Positions 9,204 to 19,012 of a stretch of DNA of 64,000 nucleotides are shown here, piece after piece. The DNA is taken from UHGV virus genome UHGV-0125199; one strand, given 5' to 3'. A program made the position numbers and the translations under genes. The notes under the pieces are model-generated. The model saw only the letters and a program-made list of their open reading frames with translations. It did not search any database and was not told the origin of the DNA. The DNA is from a virus. Every line of letters begins with the position of its first letter. The first letter of the stretch is position 1.

Positions 9204-10121
9204 ATGGTAACATTACAGAAAATTGGTGGTGACATGAATCGTAATGTATTAGAGATTACTGGATTATCTACAGACGAAAAACCTGTTGAATTTATCGAAA
9301 CAACATACATTACCAATGGAAGCACATATGAAGAAATTGATACTGGTACAGTGTATAAATATAACGAATCTGGCAAGAAATGGATAGAGCAACCTGCAAT
9401 TGGTGGTTCAGGCGGAAATATTTCTCTTGATTATACTGCATTAACAAATAAGCCACAAATTTCCGGAATTGAATTAACTGGAAATAAAACCTTGGATGAT
9501 CTTGGTATTCAGAAAAAAGGTACTTATATTACAAAAGAAACTGATCCAACTGTACCGGCATGGGCGAAAACTGAAGCAAAACCGACATATACCGCAGACG
9601 AAGTTGGAGCCTTACCAAAAACTACGACTACACTTCCAAATCCTAAAAAGATTAAATTTACAGGTGCAGTAACAGATGAGTATGACGGTTCTGTCGAAAA
9701 AACAATTAACATTCCGACAGGAAGTTCTTATACTCTTCCACAGGCAACTGATCAGGTTCTTGGTGGTGTGAAAGCAAAAGCAAAGACAAACGAAACCGTA
9801 GAAGTTGCAATTGATACTACAACAGGCAAATTATTCGTCCCGGCTTATCCAACTGGTGCAGGAGCTGAACTTGACAAAACACTTGCTGTGGAAGGAAAAG
9901 CTGCGGATGCAAAAGCTGTTGGAGATGCATTGAAAACTAAGATTGGATCCGATGCTCTTGCACCATATATGAAGACAGTTGATGCAGATAAAAAGTATGC
10001 ATTAAAAACTGAATTACCACAAAAGGGAGTTGCTGTCGCAGACGCTGGAGATGCAGATGTCAAAGATAAATTAAATGCTTTGTTGGCAAGTCTCAGAACT
10101 GCTGGGATTATTGCTCAGTAA
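9204..10121 (+). CDS. structural (fibre-like) protein with a 'LGGVK' motif and a C-terminal 'L.ALLASLRTAGIIAQ' tail
   Basis: ATG 7 nt after GCGAGGGAAA. The ORF-track extension back to 9030 overlaps the tRNA and is rejected. C-terminus is paralogous to ORF 23411. Confidence 0.55.
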   Translation: MVTLQKIGGDMNRNVLEITGLSTDEKPVEFIETTYITNGSTYEEIDTGTVYKYNESGKKWIEQPAIGGSGGNISLDYTALTNKPQISGIELTGNKTLDDLGIQKKGTYITKETDPTVPAWAKTEAKPTYTADEVGALPKTTTTLPNPKKIKFTGAVTDEYDGSVEKTINIPTGSSYTLPQATDQVLGGVKAKAKTNETVEVAIDTTTGKLFVPAYPTGAGAELDKTLAVEGKAADAKAVGDALKTKIGSDALAPYMKTVDADKKYALKTELPQKGVAVADAGDADVKDKLNALLASLRTAGIIAQ

Positions 10122-10134
10122 ATATGTATAAAAC

Positions 10135-10160
10135 AGGACGGTGCTACTGCCGTCCTATTA
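10135..10160 (+). terminator. hairpin AGGACGG..CCGTCCT downstream of 9204..10121
   Basis: 7-bp GC stem with a weak U tract. Confidence 0.4.
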
Positions 10161-10161
10161 T

Positions 10162-10231
10162 GCTTGGATAGTTTAATGGAAAACGATTGACTTGTAATCA
10201 ATTGTTCCCAGTTCAAATCTGGGTCTGAGCT
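10162..10231 (+). tRNA. tRNA-Thr (TGT)
   Basis: Acceptor GCTTGGA/TCTGAGC (2 G-U pairs). Anticodon arm ATTGA-CTTGTAA-TCAAT. T-arm CCCAG-TTCAAAT-CTGGG. Confidence 0.65.
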
Positions 10232-10272
10232 TTTATTGATATATAAATTAGTTGAGAAAGAAGGGATAAATT

Positions 10273-11313
10273 TTGTCAGAAGAAAAATCAACAAGAAGTC
10301 TAACGATAACAACACCAAAAGACACGACCTCTGTTAAAAAAATACGATATTCCAAAACAGATGAACCAGATTTTTATAAATGTACAGTTTGTGGGACACC
10401 GTATAAAAACTTAGATGGCAATTTTCCTGCATCTCAAAGCGAATTATACTCTGGATGGGATTATCATATTTCAACATGTAGAAAATGTCTTGACAGATTG
10501 TTTGAACATTATACCGAAGCTTATGGTGGAGATGAAGATATGGCAATACGTATAATTTGTCAAAAATATGATATTTATTACGATGTAAGCCTATTAAACG
10601 CAAGTAGAAAAATTACAAAAACAAGATCTCGAATCCATAATTACATTTCGAAATCTAACTTACGACAGTATGCGGGAAAAACTTTTGATACAACATTAGA
10701 TGAAGAAAGAAAGGGCAATGTAATTGAAAACATTGATGATTTAAAAGAAAATAAATCAAAAATAAGAATAAAGACTGTAAAATTTTGGGGAACAGGTTTT
10801 ACAGATGATGACTATGATTATTTGCAAGAGCAATATGACGATTGGACAAGTCGTCATGAGTGTAAAACTAAAACACAAGAAGAAGTATTTAAAAGAATTT
10901 GTTTCAAACAGCTAGAGATACTAAAAACCACTCGTGCAGGAAAAGATACAAAAGAACTTGATAAAACATTTCAAAATTATCTTGATACAGCTAATCTAAA
11001 ACCATGTCAGAACACGAATGCATTATCAGATGCACAAACTCTTGGAACGTTAATCCAAAAATGGGAAAATGAAAAACCTCTTCCGGATATTGATCCAGAA
11101 TTAGAAGACGTAGATAAAATTGGATTATATATCGATGTATTTTTCAAAGGTCATTTAGCAAAAATGATGGGATTAAAAAATGGATTATCTAATTTGTATA
11201 ATAAATTTATGAAAAAATATACCGTTGAAAAACCAGAATATAAAGATGACGAAAATAATGAAGCACTTTTTGATGCTATTTTCGGAAATGATGAGAAATT
11301 TGAGGATTTTTAA
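10273..11313 (+). CDS. hypothetical zinc-ribbon protein; small-terminase role possible only from its position
   Basis: TTG start after AAGAAGGGA. 'CTVCGTPYK…CRKCLDRL' zinc ribbon. Lies immediately upstream of the terminase large subunit. Confidence 0.5.
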   Translation: MSEEKSTRSLTITTPKDTTSVKKIRYSKTDEPDFYKCTVCGTPYKNLDGNFPASQSELYSGWDYHISTCRKCLDRLFEHYTEAYGGDEDMAIRIICQKYDIYYDVSLLNASRKITKTRSRIHNYISKSNLRQYAGKTFDTTLDEERKGNVIENIDDLKENKSKIRIKTVKFWGTGFTDDDYDYLQEQYDDWTSRHECKTKTQEEVFKRICFKQLEILKTTRAGKDTKELDKTFQNYLDTANLKPCQNTNALSDAQTLGTLIQKWENEKPLPDIDPELEDVDKIGLYIDVFFKGHLAKMMGLKNGLSNLYNKFMKKYTVEKPEYKDDENNEALFDAIFGNDEKFEDF

Positions 11314-11538
11314 ATGGCTACATTGAGAAAAATGACAGAACAAGAAGTTGCAAATGAGAAAGCAGAAAGGTTAATGAACGGTATTGCTTATTGGGCAGCT
11401 TTTTACAGAAAAAACCCACAACGTTTTTGTAAAGATTATTTAAATATAACTCTCAAATTATTCCAAAAGATATTGCTATATGCAATGATGTGCAATAATT
11501 ATTTTATGTATATTGCCTCTCGTGGACAGGGTTTGTAA
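11314..11538 (+). CDS. terL: terminase large subunit, exon 1 (functional exon probably ends at 11532, after '…ASRGQG')
   Basis: '[23 protein letters not shown]' is the N-terminal P-loop region of terminase ATPases. The stop comes 2 codons after GQG. Confidence 0.8.
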   Translation: MATLRKMTEQEVANEKAERLMNGIAYWAAFYRKNPQRFCKDYLNITLKLFQKILLYAMMCNNYFMYIASRGQGL

Positions 11539-12563
11539 AAATATCACGAGTGGAGGAAATAACAAATGAGTAAATATGTTTACAATAAAGATTATTTCGA
11601 AAAAATTAACACATCAGAAAAAGCATATTGGCTAGGTTTTTTATATGCAGATGGATGTATTACAAGATTTTATAAGGGAGAAGTATTAAAATCTATGTCT
11701 TTAGAAATTACTTTAAAAGACGCAGATTGTGAACATCTTATTAAATTTAAAAACGCTTTAGAAAGTAATATTCCTATTCAACATAGAATTATTACCGGGA
11801 AATATAAAGCAGATAGAATAGTTGTTAATTGCACAAAAATATGTAATGATTTAATCAAATTAGGTTGTACTCCGACTAAAAGTCTAACATTAGAATTTCC
11901 TATAAAAGATATAATACCTCAAGATTTTATAAGAGACTTTATTAGAGGTTATTTTGATGGAGATGGTGGTGTATCTTATACTGAAGGTAAATATTATAAT
12001 AATGCTAGAAAAAAATATTACAAACAGCATCACTATCGATGCTATTTTTGTGGAAACATACAATTTTTAACTGAATTAAAAAAAATATTGAATTCTAATG
12101 GAATTAAAACATCTGATCTAAAAAAAGACAATAGAAGTAATGCAATTAATATTTATATATATGGAAGAGAAAATATAGAGAAATTTAAAAATTATATATA
12201 TACAGAGGGGTGTGTGAACTTATCAAGAAAATTTGATAAGTTCTTTTTTATTTCCCACAATAGCGATCTTCATATAAATAGATAACGCCATGTTTAGCCC
12301 TGTCTAAATTGGGGAAAATCGGTGAAGACTAAATTTATTTAAAATATAAAATAAATATGTTAATACCGAGATAACTTAATAGATTTCGTAAGGCTATTAA
12401 GCATTGTAGAGAGTAGAGATTGAATAAATATAATATCTCCAAGAGTCCCCAACTACATTATTGTAGAAAATGTACTCCAAGCTGAGTTGGAAATGACCAA
12501 CTGATGAAAATGAAGGAAACTTCCAGAGCATAGGATAAAAAACCTATGGTTAATAACATACTG
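11533..12563 (+). mobile_element. group I intron in terL
   Basis: Last exon nucleotide is U (11532) and last intron nucleotide is G (12563). R-like 'GAAGACTAAAT' and S-like 'AAGAGTCC' elements lie downstream of the HE ORF. Splicing gives GQG|KTWLTALF. Confidence 0.65.
11566..12285 (+). CDS. LAGLIDADG homing endonuclease (two motifs), intron-encoded
   Basis: 'LGFLYADGCI' and 'FIRGYFDGDGGV'. ATG 7 nt after GGAGGAAATAAC. Confidence 0.85.
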   Translation: MSKYVYNKDYFEKINTSEKAYWLGFLYADGCITRFYKGEVLKSMSLEITLKDADCEHLIKFKNALESNIPIQHRIITGKYKADRIVVNCTKICNDLIKLGCTPTKSLTLEFPIKDIIPQDFIRDFIRGYFDGDGGVSYTEGKYYNNARKKYYKQHHYRCYFCGNIQFLTELKKILNSNGIKTSDLKKDNRSNAINIYIYGRENIEKFKNYIYTEGCVNLSRKFDKFFFISHNSDLHINR

Positions 12564-14096
12564 AAAACATGGCTTACTGCTCTATTCTGCGTCGTTCGTT
12601 GCATATTATTCCCAGGAAGCAAGATATGCATTGCTTCTTCAACAAGACCACAAGCGAATCAAGTCCTTTTGAAAATAACCGATGATTTTTGTAAAAACTA
12701 TGGATGGGGTTCAGATAATTTGAATAATGAAATAGGGTACAAATCAGTTGGTGCGAATAATGCGGTGATTGAATTTAAAAATGGGTCATGGATAAGAGTT
12801 GTAACTGCATCTGACAGTGGACGAGGCGCACGTGCAAATATTCTAATTGTAGACGAATTTCGTATGGTTGATTTAAATGTTATTAATACTGTTCTTAGAA
12901 AATTCTTAACAGCTCCGCGCACCCCAGGATATTTAAATATAAAAAAATATTCTCATCTAACTGAGCGTAATAAAGAAATATTTATGTCCAGCGCATGGTA
13001 TAAATCTCATTGGTCATTTGAAAAAGCGAAAGCATATGTCGTGAATTTTTTAGATAATAGTAAAAAATATTTTATTTGCGGACTACCGTATCAAATAGCA
13101 ATCAAAGAAAATTTATTATCAAAAGAACAGGTTGAAGATGAATTTTCTGAGCAAGACTTTGATCAAACATCTTTTGATATGGAGATGGGATGTTTATGGT
13201 TTGGTGATACGGACGGTTCGTTTTTTACATTTGATGATTTATCTAAATGTAGAAAAATAAAAACACCGATGGAGACACATTTTTTCAAAAATAAAAAAAT
13301 ACCAGACTTAGCCCTTAATGAAAAAAGAATTATGTCTGTAGATATTGCATTAATGGGTTCTAGTAAATCAAAGAATAATGATGCAAGTTCAATTTTAATT
13401 AATAGTGCTCTTCCAACAGAAAGCAATGAGTACATTTCAAATATTGTATTCTTAGAAAATCATGAAGGACTTACAACTGACGAATTAGGAATTATTGTCA
13501 TGAGATTGTTCTATAGGTATAAATGTACAGATTTGGTAATCGATACAAATGGAGCCGGTTTAGGTGTATATGATTTTATTATAAAGAATCAGTTAGATCA
13601 AGAAACAGGTGATGTGTATAAAGCTCTTACTTGTTGTAATGATAAAGACATGGCAGAAAGATGTAAAGTCGAATCGGCAAATCCATGTATATGGTCGATA
13701 AAAGCCAATGCTGCTTTTAATAACGAGATGTGTGTTATGCTTCGTGCAGGAATACAAAATGGGAAGATCAATCTTCTTGTATCAGAATTTGAAGCAGAGG
13801 AAATATTAAGAGACAAGATTAAGTCATATTCAAAGATGCAATCTTTTGAACAATTAAAATATAAAACACCATATATTCAAACAACATTGCTGATATATGA
13901 ACTCATAAATTTACAGCATAAGATAGAAGGAACAAACATTAAAATAAAGGAAAAATCTGGTATGAGAAAAGATAGATATAGTTCTTTGGGATATAATTAT
14001 CACATATTAAGAACATTAGAAAAAAATCTTAACACAGATTCTTATTCTTCAGATTTTTCAAATTTTACCCCATGTATTTCTTCTATATCATTTTAG
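12546..14096 (+). CDS. terL: terminase large subunit, exon 2 (true exon start about 12564; the ATG at 12546 lies inside the intron)
   Basis: 'KTWLTALF…ILIVDEF' gives the rest of Walker A and the Walker B motif, followed by the nuclease domain. Frame is open from 12534 after a TAG. Confidence 0.85.
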   Translation: MVNNILKTWLTALFCVVRCILFPGSKICIASSTRPQANQVLLKITDDFCKNYGWGSDNLNNEIGYKSVGANNAVIEFKNGSWIRVVTASDSGRGARANILIVDEFRMVDLNVINTVLRKFLTAPRTPGYLNIKKYSHLTERNKEIFMSSAWYKSHWSFEKAKAYVVNFLDNSKKYFICGLPYQIAIKENLLSKEQVEDEFSEQDFDQTSFDMEMGCLWFGDTDGSFFTFDDLSKCRKIKTPMETHFFKNKKIPDLALNEKRIMSVDIALMGSSKSKNNDASSILINSALPTESNEYISNIVFLENHEGLTTDELGIIVMRLFYRYKCTDLVIDTNGAGLGVYDFIIKNQLDQETGDVYKALTCCNDKDMAERCKVESANPCIWSIKANAAFNNEMCVMLRAGIQNGKINLLVSEFEAEEILRDKIKSYSKMQSFEQLKYKTPYIQTTLLIYELINLQHKIEGTNIKIKEKSGMRKDRYSSLGYNYHILRTLEKNLNTDSYSSDFSNFTPCISSISF

Positions 14097-14111
14097 AAAG
14101 GACGGTGAATA

Positions 14112-15797
14112 ATGTCAGATAATATTAACGAATCACAAGTTGATGACATTAAAAACTATAAAATATCTTTCGCATCAGATATTAAAGACAGCATCAGTTC
14201 TGACGATGAAACCGTCATTGTATCAGGATTTGATGTTCAGCTATCAGAACAAGAGACAAATTGGATGCGCGACGCATTGCAGAGATTTGACAAAGGTGGA
14301 AGTCAATATTCTGTTGTGTTAAACGAAGAATCATCATCCGGAACAGCAAAAACCACAACATTAGATGATATTGATGATTTAGCTTTTAACGCGCAAAGTG
14401 ATATTTCAAAAATACAAAAAATAAATGCATTAGTACGGCAAGCATCAAATGAAGATGATATAATTGGAAAAGTTCATGAGGCTGTTGAATCAAACCTTAA
14501 TTCTAACGTAAGAATATCTTTTGATACACTCCCATCAGACTATGACGAAGGAATAAAACTCGAAGCAGAATCAGAAATTGAACGTTTTCACAAAGAGATA
14601 AATGTAAATGACATCGTAACTATTGCAATTACTACAACATATGATGAAGGTAATTGTATACAATACTTGAGATCAAAAAAATCTAAAGGTATTTATCATC
14701 ATGTTGTTGATAGATATCCATTAGGAGTTGCTTTAATAAGCGACTATTCTATGAACACAATTCCTTACGTGTTGATTGACACATCCGAGCTAACAAACAG
14801 ACTGCAGAAAACAATGCTAAAAAGCAAAAAGAATAAACCTTTATTTTTCAAAAATACTGCAGAAGAGATCAAAAATAATTATCCAAAAGAAGTTACGAAA
14901 GCTTACACATCGAAAGAAAAATACGCCATTCTTGATGTTCAAAGGACTGGAGTAAATCGATTTGGCAATATGAATCGTAAATATGGAATTTCGCCAGTTT
15001 TTAAAGCGTTGAAGCCTAAAATTATGCTTGATACATTTGATAAAACAGACAATGTTAATGCTAAAGCAAAGGCAAAAAAAATAATTGCCCAATATCTAAA
15101 AAAAGAAGTTTTAGGACAGCGTGGCGAAAAAAAAGGACTTGAGGATATGGCATATGCCCATGATTGCCTTGTACAGGCTTTTAAAAATAAAACTGTGCTG
15201 TATACTCCACCAGGCAGCGTTGAAAAGATTGAGTATGTAGAACCAAAAGTAGAAATGACTAATACAGAAACGATTACACAATATAGGTCTAGGGTTACAT
15301 CTGCATTAGGCATATCATTTTTGAACACTGACGGAAAACAAACTGTAAGCACAGCAAATATTTCTATTAAACAACTCATGAAAACAATTAACAAAATTGC
15401 AGAAAGACAGGAAAAAATTTTGCAACGTTGGTATGAAGTTGTCTTATCTGAAGCAGGTATACCAATAGAGTATTGCCCTACTCCACATATTTTAGATTCA
15501 GAAATGTTAGAGTTTGAAATCAAAAAGGATCTTGTAGAATTCCTATTTTCAAAACTCAATTGCTCATATCAAACAGCGTATGAATTTCTTGGCATGGATT
15601 TTGATAATGAGGTTGTTCGTAGAAAATCCGAAAAAGAGAATGGTTATGATTTAATACTGACTCCTCATCCAACTTCTTACAATACATCTGGCTCAGATGA
15701 AATTGGTGCAGGTCGACCAATGGGAGGAACAAACGAGGATAATGATGTGAATGAGAAAAAACAGGAATATGATAAAAATTATCGAGAATCTAAATAG
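14112..15797 (+). CDS. putative portal protein, judged from position and size
   Basis: 561-aa ORF directly after terL, ATG after AAAGGACGGTGA. No motif recognised. Confidence 0.4.
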   Translation: MSDNINESQVDDIKNYKISFASDIKDSISSDDETVIVSGFDVQLSEQETNWMRDALQRFDKGGSQYSVVLNEESSSGTAKTTTLDDIDDLAFNAQSDISKIQKINALVRQASNEDDIIGKVHEAVESNLNSNVRISFDTLPSDYDEGIKLEAESEIERFHKEINVNDIVTIAITTTYDEGNCIQYLRSKKSKGIYHHVVDRYPLGVALISDYSMNTIPYVLIDTSELTNRLQKTMLKSKKNKPLFFKNTAEEIKNNYPKEVTKAYTSKEKYAILDVQRTGVNRFGNMNRKYGISPVFKALKPKIMLDTFDKTDNVNAKAKAKKIIAQYLKKEVLGQRGEKKGLEDMAYAHDCLVQAFKNKTVLYTPPGSVEKIEYVEPKVEMTNTETITQYRSRVTSALGISFLNTDGKQTVSTANISIKQLMKTINKIAERQEKILQRWYEVVLSEAGIPIEYCPTPHILDSEMLEFEIKKDLVEFLFSKLNCSYQTAYEFLGMDFDNEVVRRKSEKENGYDLILTPHPTSYNTSGSDEIGAGRPMGGTNEDNDVNEKKQEYDKNYRESK

Positions 15798-15836
15798 TCA
15801 AATCTAACTTATATTTAAATATATGAAGGTGAAAAA

Positions 15837-17420
15837 ATGGTTAATAAAACAGAAATATTTTCTAGTTCACCTATTTCTATTGCAAGTCATGACAATTATA
15901 AAGAGGCAGTTTTTTTAATTAGCGTCTTAGACCAGCCAGACAGGATAAATCGTATTATACCTGTCGAATCAGGTAAAAAATACCATAAAACAATAATTGG
16001 ATATCCGCTTGTTGCAAAACTAAAAAAAGCAACTTCTGATTTTGGCGGTCATGAAATGAAAATAACAAAAACAAAAAAAGGAAAAAAGTTTTCTTTTGAT
16101 ACATTCCCTATTGGAAGCATCACAGATTCGTGGATTGAAGAACGTGAAGTTGATGGATATGACGGAAAACAAAAATGCATCCTAGCAAAAACCAAATTAT
16201 GGACAAGTAGATTTCCTGAATATTTTAAAGTGTTCGATAAATTATGGGATGATGGAGAATTGTCTTCTTCTTGGGAGATGACGGTAACTGACTCAGAAAA
16301 AGATGGTGACTGCACAATTCTTAAAGTGTTTGAATTTATTGGAAATGCATGTTTGGGAAGACTTAAAACTCCATGCGTTCCAGGCGCTGGTGTCATAGAA
16401 TATGCTGAACTAGAAAAAGATATTGATACAGAATTAGCCGAGGCTTTAGAAAAGGACTTGGTTAATTTAGATATAGAAGAAAATGATGTAAAGGAGGATA
16501 TAGGCTTGGCAGAAAATACAAAAAAGAAAATAGAAAACGAAGAGACAGAAGATACAAAAACTTCTGTCAAAGAGACAGATGATAAAGAAAAAAAGACAGA
16601 AGAAACTGCCTCTTGTGGATCAGATTCTACAAAGAAAAAGACAAAAGTTGCAGAAGAAACAAAAGAGATCTCAGAAGAAAATGCTGAAGTAACAGAAATT
16701 GCATCTCTGACTCAATGGGATCTTGAAAGTAAAATCAGGAAAGCTTGTGACGAAAAAATTGGGAAAAGAGTTTATGGATATGTCGCATTTTGGTTCCCAG
16801 AAGATAATACTGTTTGGTATAAAACAGATGATAGCGAAAACCAACTTGATTACAAATTATTTACATATAAAGTTTCTGGAGATGAAGTTTTTGTTTCTGA
16901 ACCAGTAGACGTTAAGCTTACAGTTGCAGTAAAAGATGTAAATATGGAAATTGCAAGTAAAGATGAAGAGATTGGAAATCTAAAAGCTGAATTAGATATT
17001 AAAAATGATGCTGTGATCAACGCAGGTAAAACAATTAATACCTTAAAAACCAAAATTGCTGAATTGGAACCTTTTAAAGAAAAGGTAGAAAAGGCAGAAC
17101 AAGAAAAAATTGAAGCAGAAATTGCTGAAGAAAAAGATGCTCTTAGATGCAAGATGTTAAAAGGTAATTTGTTTACAGAATCTGAAATTGCCGAAACAGA
17201 AATTGCTGAATTAATTGAATCAAGAAATGTTTCAGAAATCAATAATTTAATTGCTGAAAGATATATTGAGCGCATTGATAATGCTGCAGCAGAAGTCGCA
17301 GAATTCGAGGAAACATCAAATGAAGAGTCTGTCGCAACAGCTAGTTTAGAAACTGATGACATTGCAGATGATTCTGTGTCATTTATGAGCAAATTTTTAA
17401 ATGGTAGAAAACATAATTAA
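15837..17420 (+). CDS. acidic coiled-coil protein, putative scaffold/prohead protein
   Basis: C-terminal two thirds are E/K-rich with heptad character. Lies between the portal-like and capsid-like genes. Confidence 0.4.
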   Translation: MVNKTEIFSSSPISIASHDNYKEAVFLISVLDQPDRINRIIPVESGKKYHKTIIGYPLVAKLKKATSDFGGHEMKITKTKKGKKFSFDTFPIGSITDSWIEEREVDGYDGKQKCILAKTKLWTSRFPEYFKVFDKLWDDGELSSSWEMTVTDSEKDGDCTILKVFEFIGNACLGRLKTPCVPGAGVIEYAELEKDIDTELAEALEKDLVNLDIEENDVKEDIGLAENTKKKIENEETEDTKTSVKETDDKEKKTEETASCGSDSTKKKTKVAEETKEISEENAEVTEIASLTQWDLESKIRKACDEKIGKRVYGYVAFWFPEDNTVWYKTDDSENQLDYKLFTYKVSGDEVFVSEPVDVKLTVAVKDVNMEIASKDEEIGNLKAELDIKNDAVINAGKTINTLKTKIAELEPFKEKVEKAEQEKIEAEIAEEKDALRCKMLKGNLFTESEIAETEIAELIESRNVSEINNLIAERYIERIDNAAAEVAEFEETSNEESVATASLETDDIADDSVSFMSKFLNGRKHN

Positions 17421-17434
17421 GGAGGATTGGCTAC

Positions 17435-17920
17435 ATGTTAAGAGATATTCGTAGAAATGGCGCACAGCCAAAAGACACAATGCACAAAGCAAAAGTTGCA
17501 ATGGTAACTGGGATGGGTGTAGTAAAAGAAGATACAAAAAATACAAAAGAGGTAAAGTTGCCTACTGCTGAGACAACAACAAATATCTACCTTGTAACAA
17601 AAGAAAGAATTCCTACAGGAATTAATGCAGCAAGACAGGAAATGTCTGATTACGATGATGATTTTACATCAGTAAAAATCGGAGAGTTTGTTGGTCTGGA
17701 AGTCTATACAGATGGAGAAAAATTTGGAACAGACCAGTTTAAGGCTGCTGATTTTGGAGACGAAGCGGAACCAGGATTCGCAATGTCTGTTGGAGCAGAT
17801 GGAAAATGGCAAAAAGCAACAAAAGGAACTTCAAGATATGTATTTGCAGGAACAATGAAAGATAACGGTCATAAACTTGTGCTCGTAGAAGTTGTTGCTG
17901 ATGCAGTATCTGTTGCGTAA
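17435..17920 (+). CDS. hypothetical head-module protein (161 aa)
   Basis: ATG 6 nt after AAGGAGGA. Confidence 0.45.
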   Translation: MLRDIRRNGAQPKDTMHKAKVAMVTGMGVVKEDTKNTKEVKLPTAETTTNIYLVTKERIPTGINAARQEMSDYDDDFTSVKIGEFVGLEVYTDGEKFGTDQFKAADFGDEAEPGFAMSVGADGKWQKATKGTSRYVFAGTMKDNGHKLVLVEVVADAVSVA

Positions 17921-17944
17921 ATAAAATAAGGAGGACTTGATAAG

Positions 17945-18937
17945 ATGGCTATTAGAACAGAAATCGCAGAACTCATGGATAAAGATGGTGTTCTGTTTGA
18001 AGTTGCTGAAAAGGTAAATTATAAAAGAGAGCTTAACTCTGAAGAAAAAGAAATTGCTGAAATTTCCGATGCATGGGCAAGAGAAATCGGTAAAACAGGA
18101 AAGGATCCTAATTGCGAAATCGCAGAGTTTGTAACTAGAACTGTACAGGAAGAAGTGTACAACGCACCGGACGAACTTCTTGATCAGATTTTTGAAAGAG
18201 GTTCTGTTGGAGAGTTTGATGATTTAGAAGGAACAAAGGAGCCAAAAAATACACTTGTAGCACATGAAGCTGCAAAAGGCGGTAATGTAGATCGTTCTTA
18301 CATTGATATTGAAACTGTAAAACCTACATGGAAAAATCGTCAGGTTGAAACTGATATCTCATATGTAGATTTAAGAAAAAATGGTTTTAAATCCATCGCA
18401 ACCTTAACTACATTTATGAAAGAAGCTTGTCAGAATGCGTTATTTTACGATGCACTTTCTATGGCGGATAACGCGGTTACAGGGGGAGAAGCTCTTATTG
18501 AAGTTACAGGAGCAACACCTACTCTTGAGGCTATGGATAAATTATCTCTTTATCTGAATGATAGGGGTGATGATAATGTTATTGTTACTTTGAATAAATA
18601 TGCTCAGGCAATTAGACGTATGCCTAATTTTGCTCAGTATTTGTCAGGAGCTATGAAAGACGATTTTAACAGATATGGTTTAGTAAAAACATATGATGGA
18701 ATTGGCATTGCAGGTATTTCAGGAGCAAAGAAAACTGGAACTGGACAGCTTCTCCTGCCAGACAAGAGGATCTATGGTATCGCAGATAAAATCGGAACAC
18801 TGGATATGAAAGGTGAAATTCACGTATATCAGGATATGAATAATCAAGGTGAAAAAGTTCATATTATGTTGAAAGATTTTACATACGGCTTTATGCTCAC
18901 ACATATCGAAAACTTTGCAAAGGTTACTTTGAAATAA
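17945..18937 (+). CDS. putative major capsid protein, judged from position and size
   Basis: 330 aa with a strong RBS AAGGAGGA. Follows the scaffold-like gene. Confidence 0.45.
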   Translation: MAIRTEIAELMDKDGVLFEVAEKVNYKRELNSEEKEIAEISDAWAREIGKTGKDPNCEIAEFVTRTVQEEVYNAPDELLDQIFERGSVGEFDDLEGTKEPKNTLVAHEAAKGGNVDRSYIDIETVKPTWKNRQVETDISYVDLRKNGFKSIATLTTFMKEACQNALFYDALSMADNAVTGGEALIEVTGATPTLEAMDKLSLYLNDRGDDNVIVTLNKYAQAIRRMPNFAQYLSGAMKDDFNRYGLVKTYDGIGIAGISGAKKTGTGQLLLPDKRIYGIADKIGTLDMKGEIHVYQDMNNQGEKVHIMLKDFTYGFMLTHIENFAKVTLK

Positions 18938-19012
18938 GGTAGTCTTTTTTTATTGTTTAAATTTCTATCGGAGGGATTCCTTCGATAGAAATTATGAAGA
19001 GGAGGAGATTTT

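Noticed and set aside
10115-10318. Minus-strand 67-aa ORF
   Set aside because: It overlaps tRNA-Thr and the terminator hairpin.
12546-12563. ATG at 12546 as the start of a separate 516-aa gene
   Set aside because: It is preceded by an in-frame extension and lies inside the intron. The protein is the C-terminal 88% of a terminase, and the Walker A motif is completed only by exon 1.
16049-17392. Minus-strand 173-aa and 180-aa ORFs inside the scaffold-like gene
   Set aside because: They are low-complexity antisense to an E/K-rich gene.
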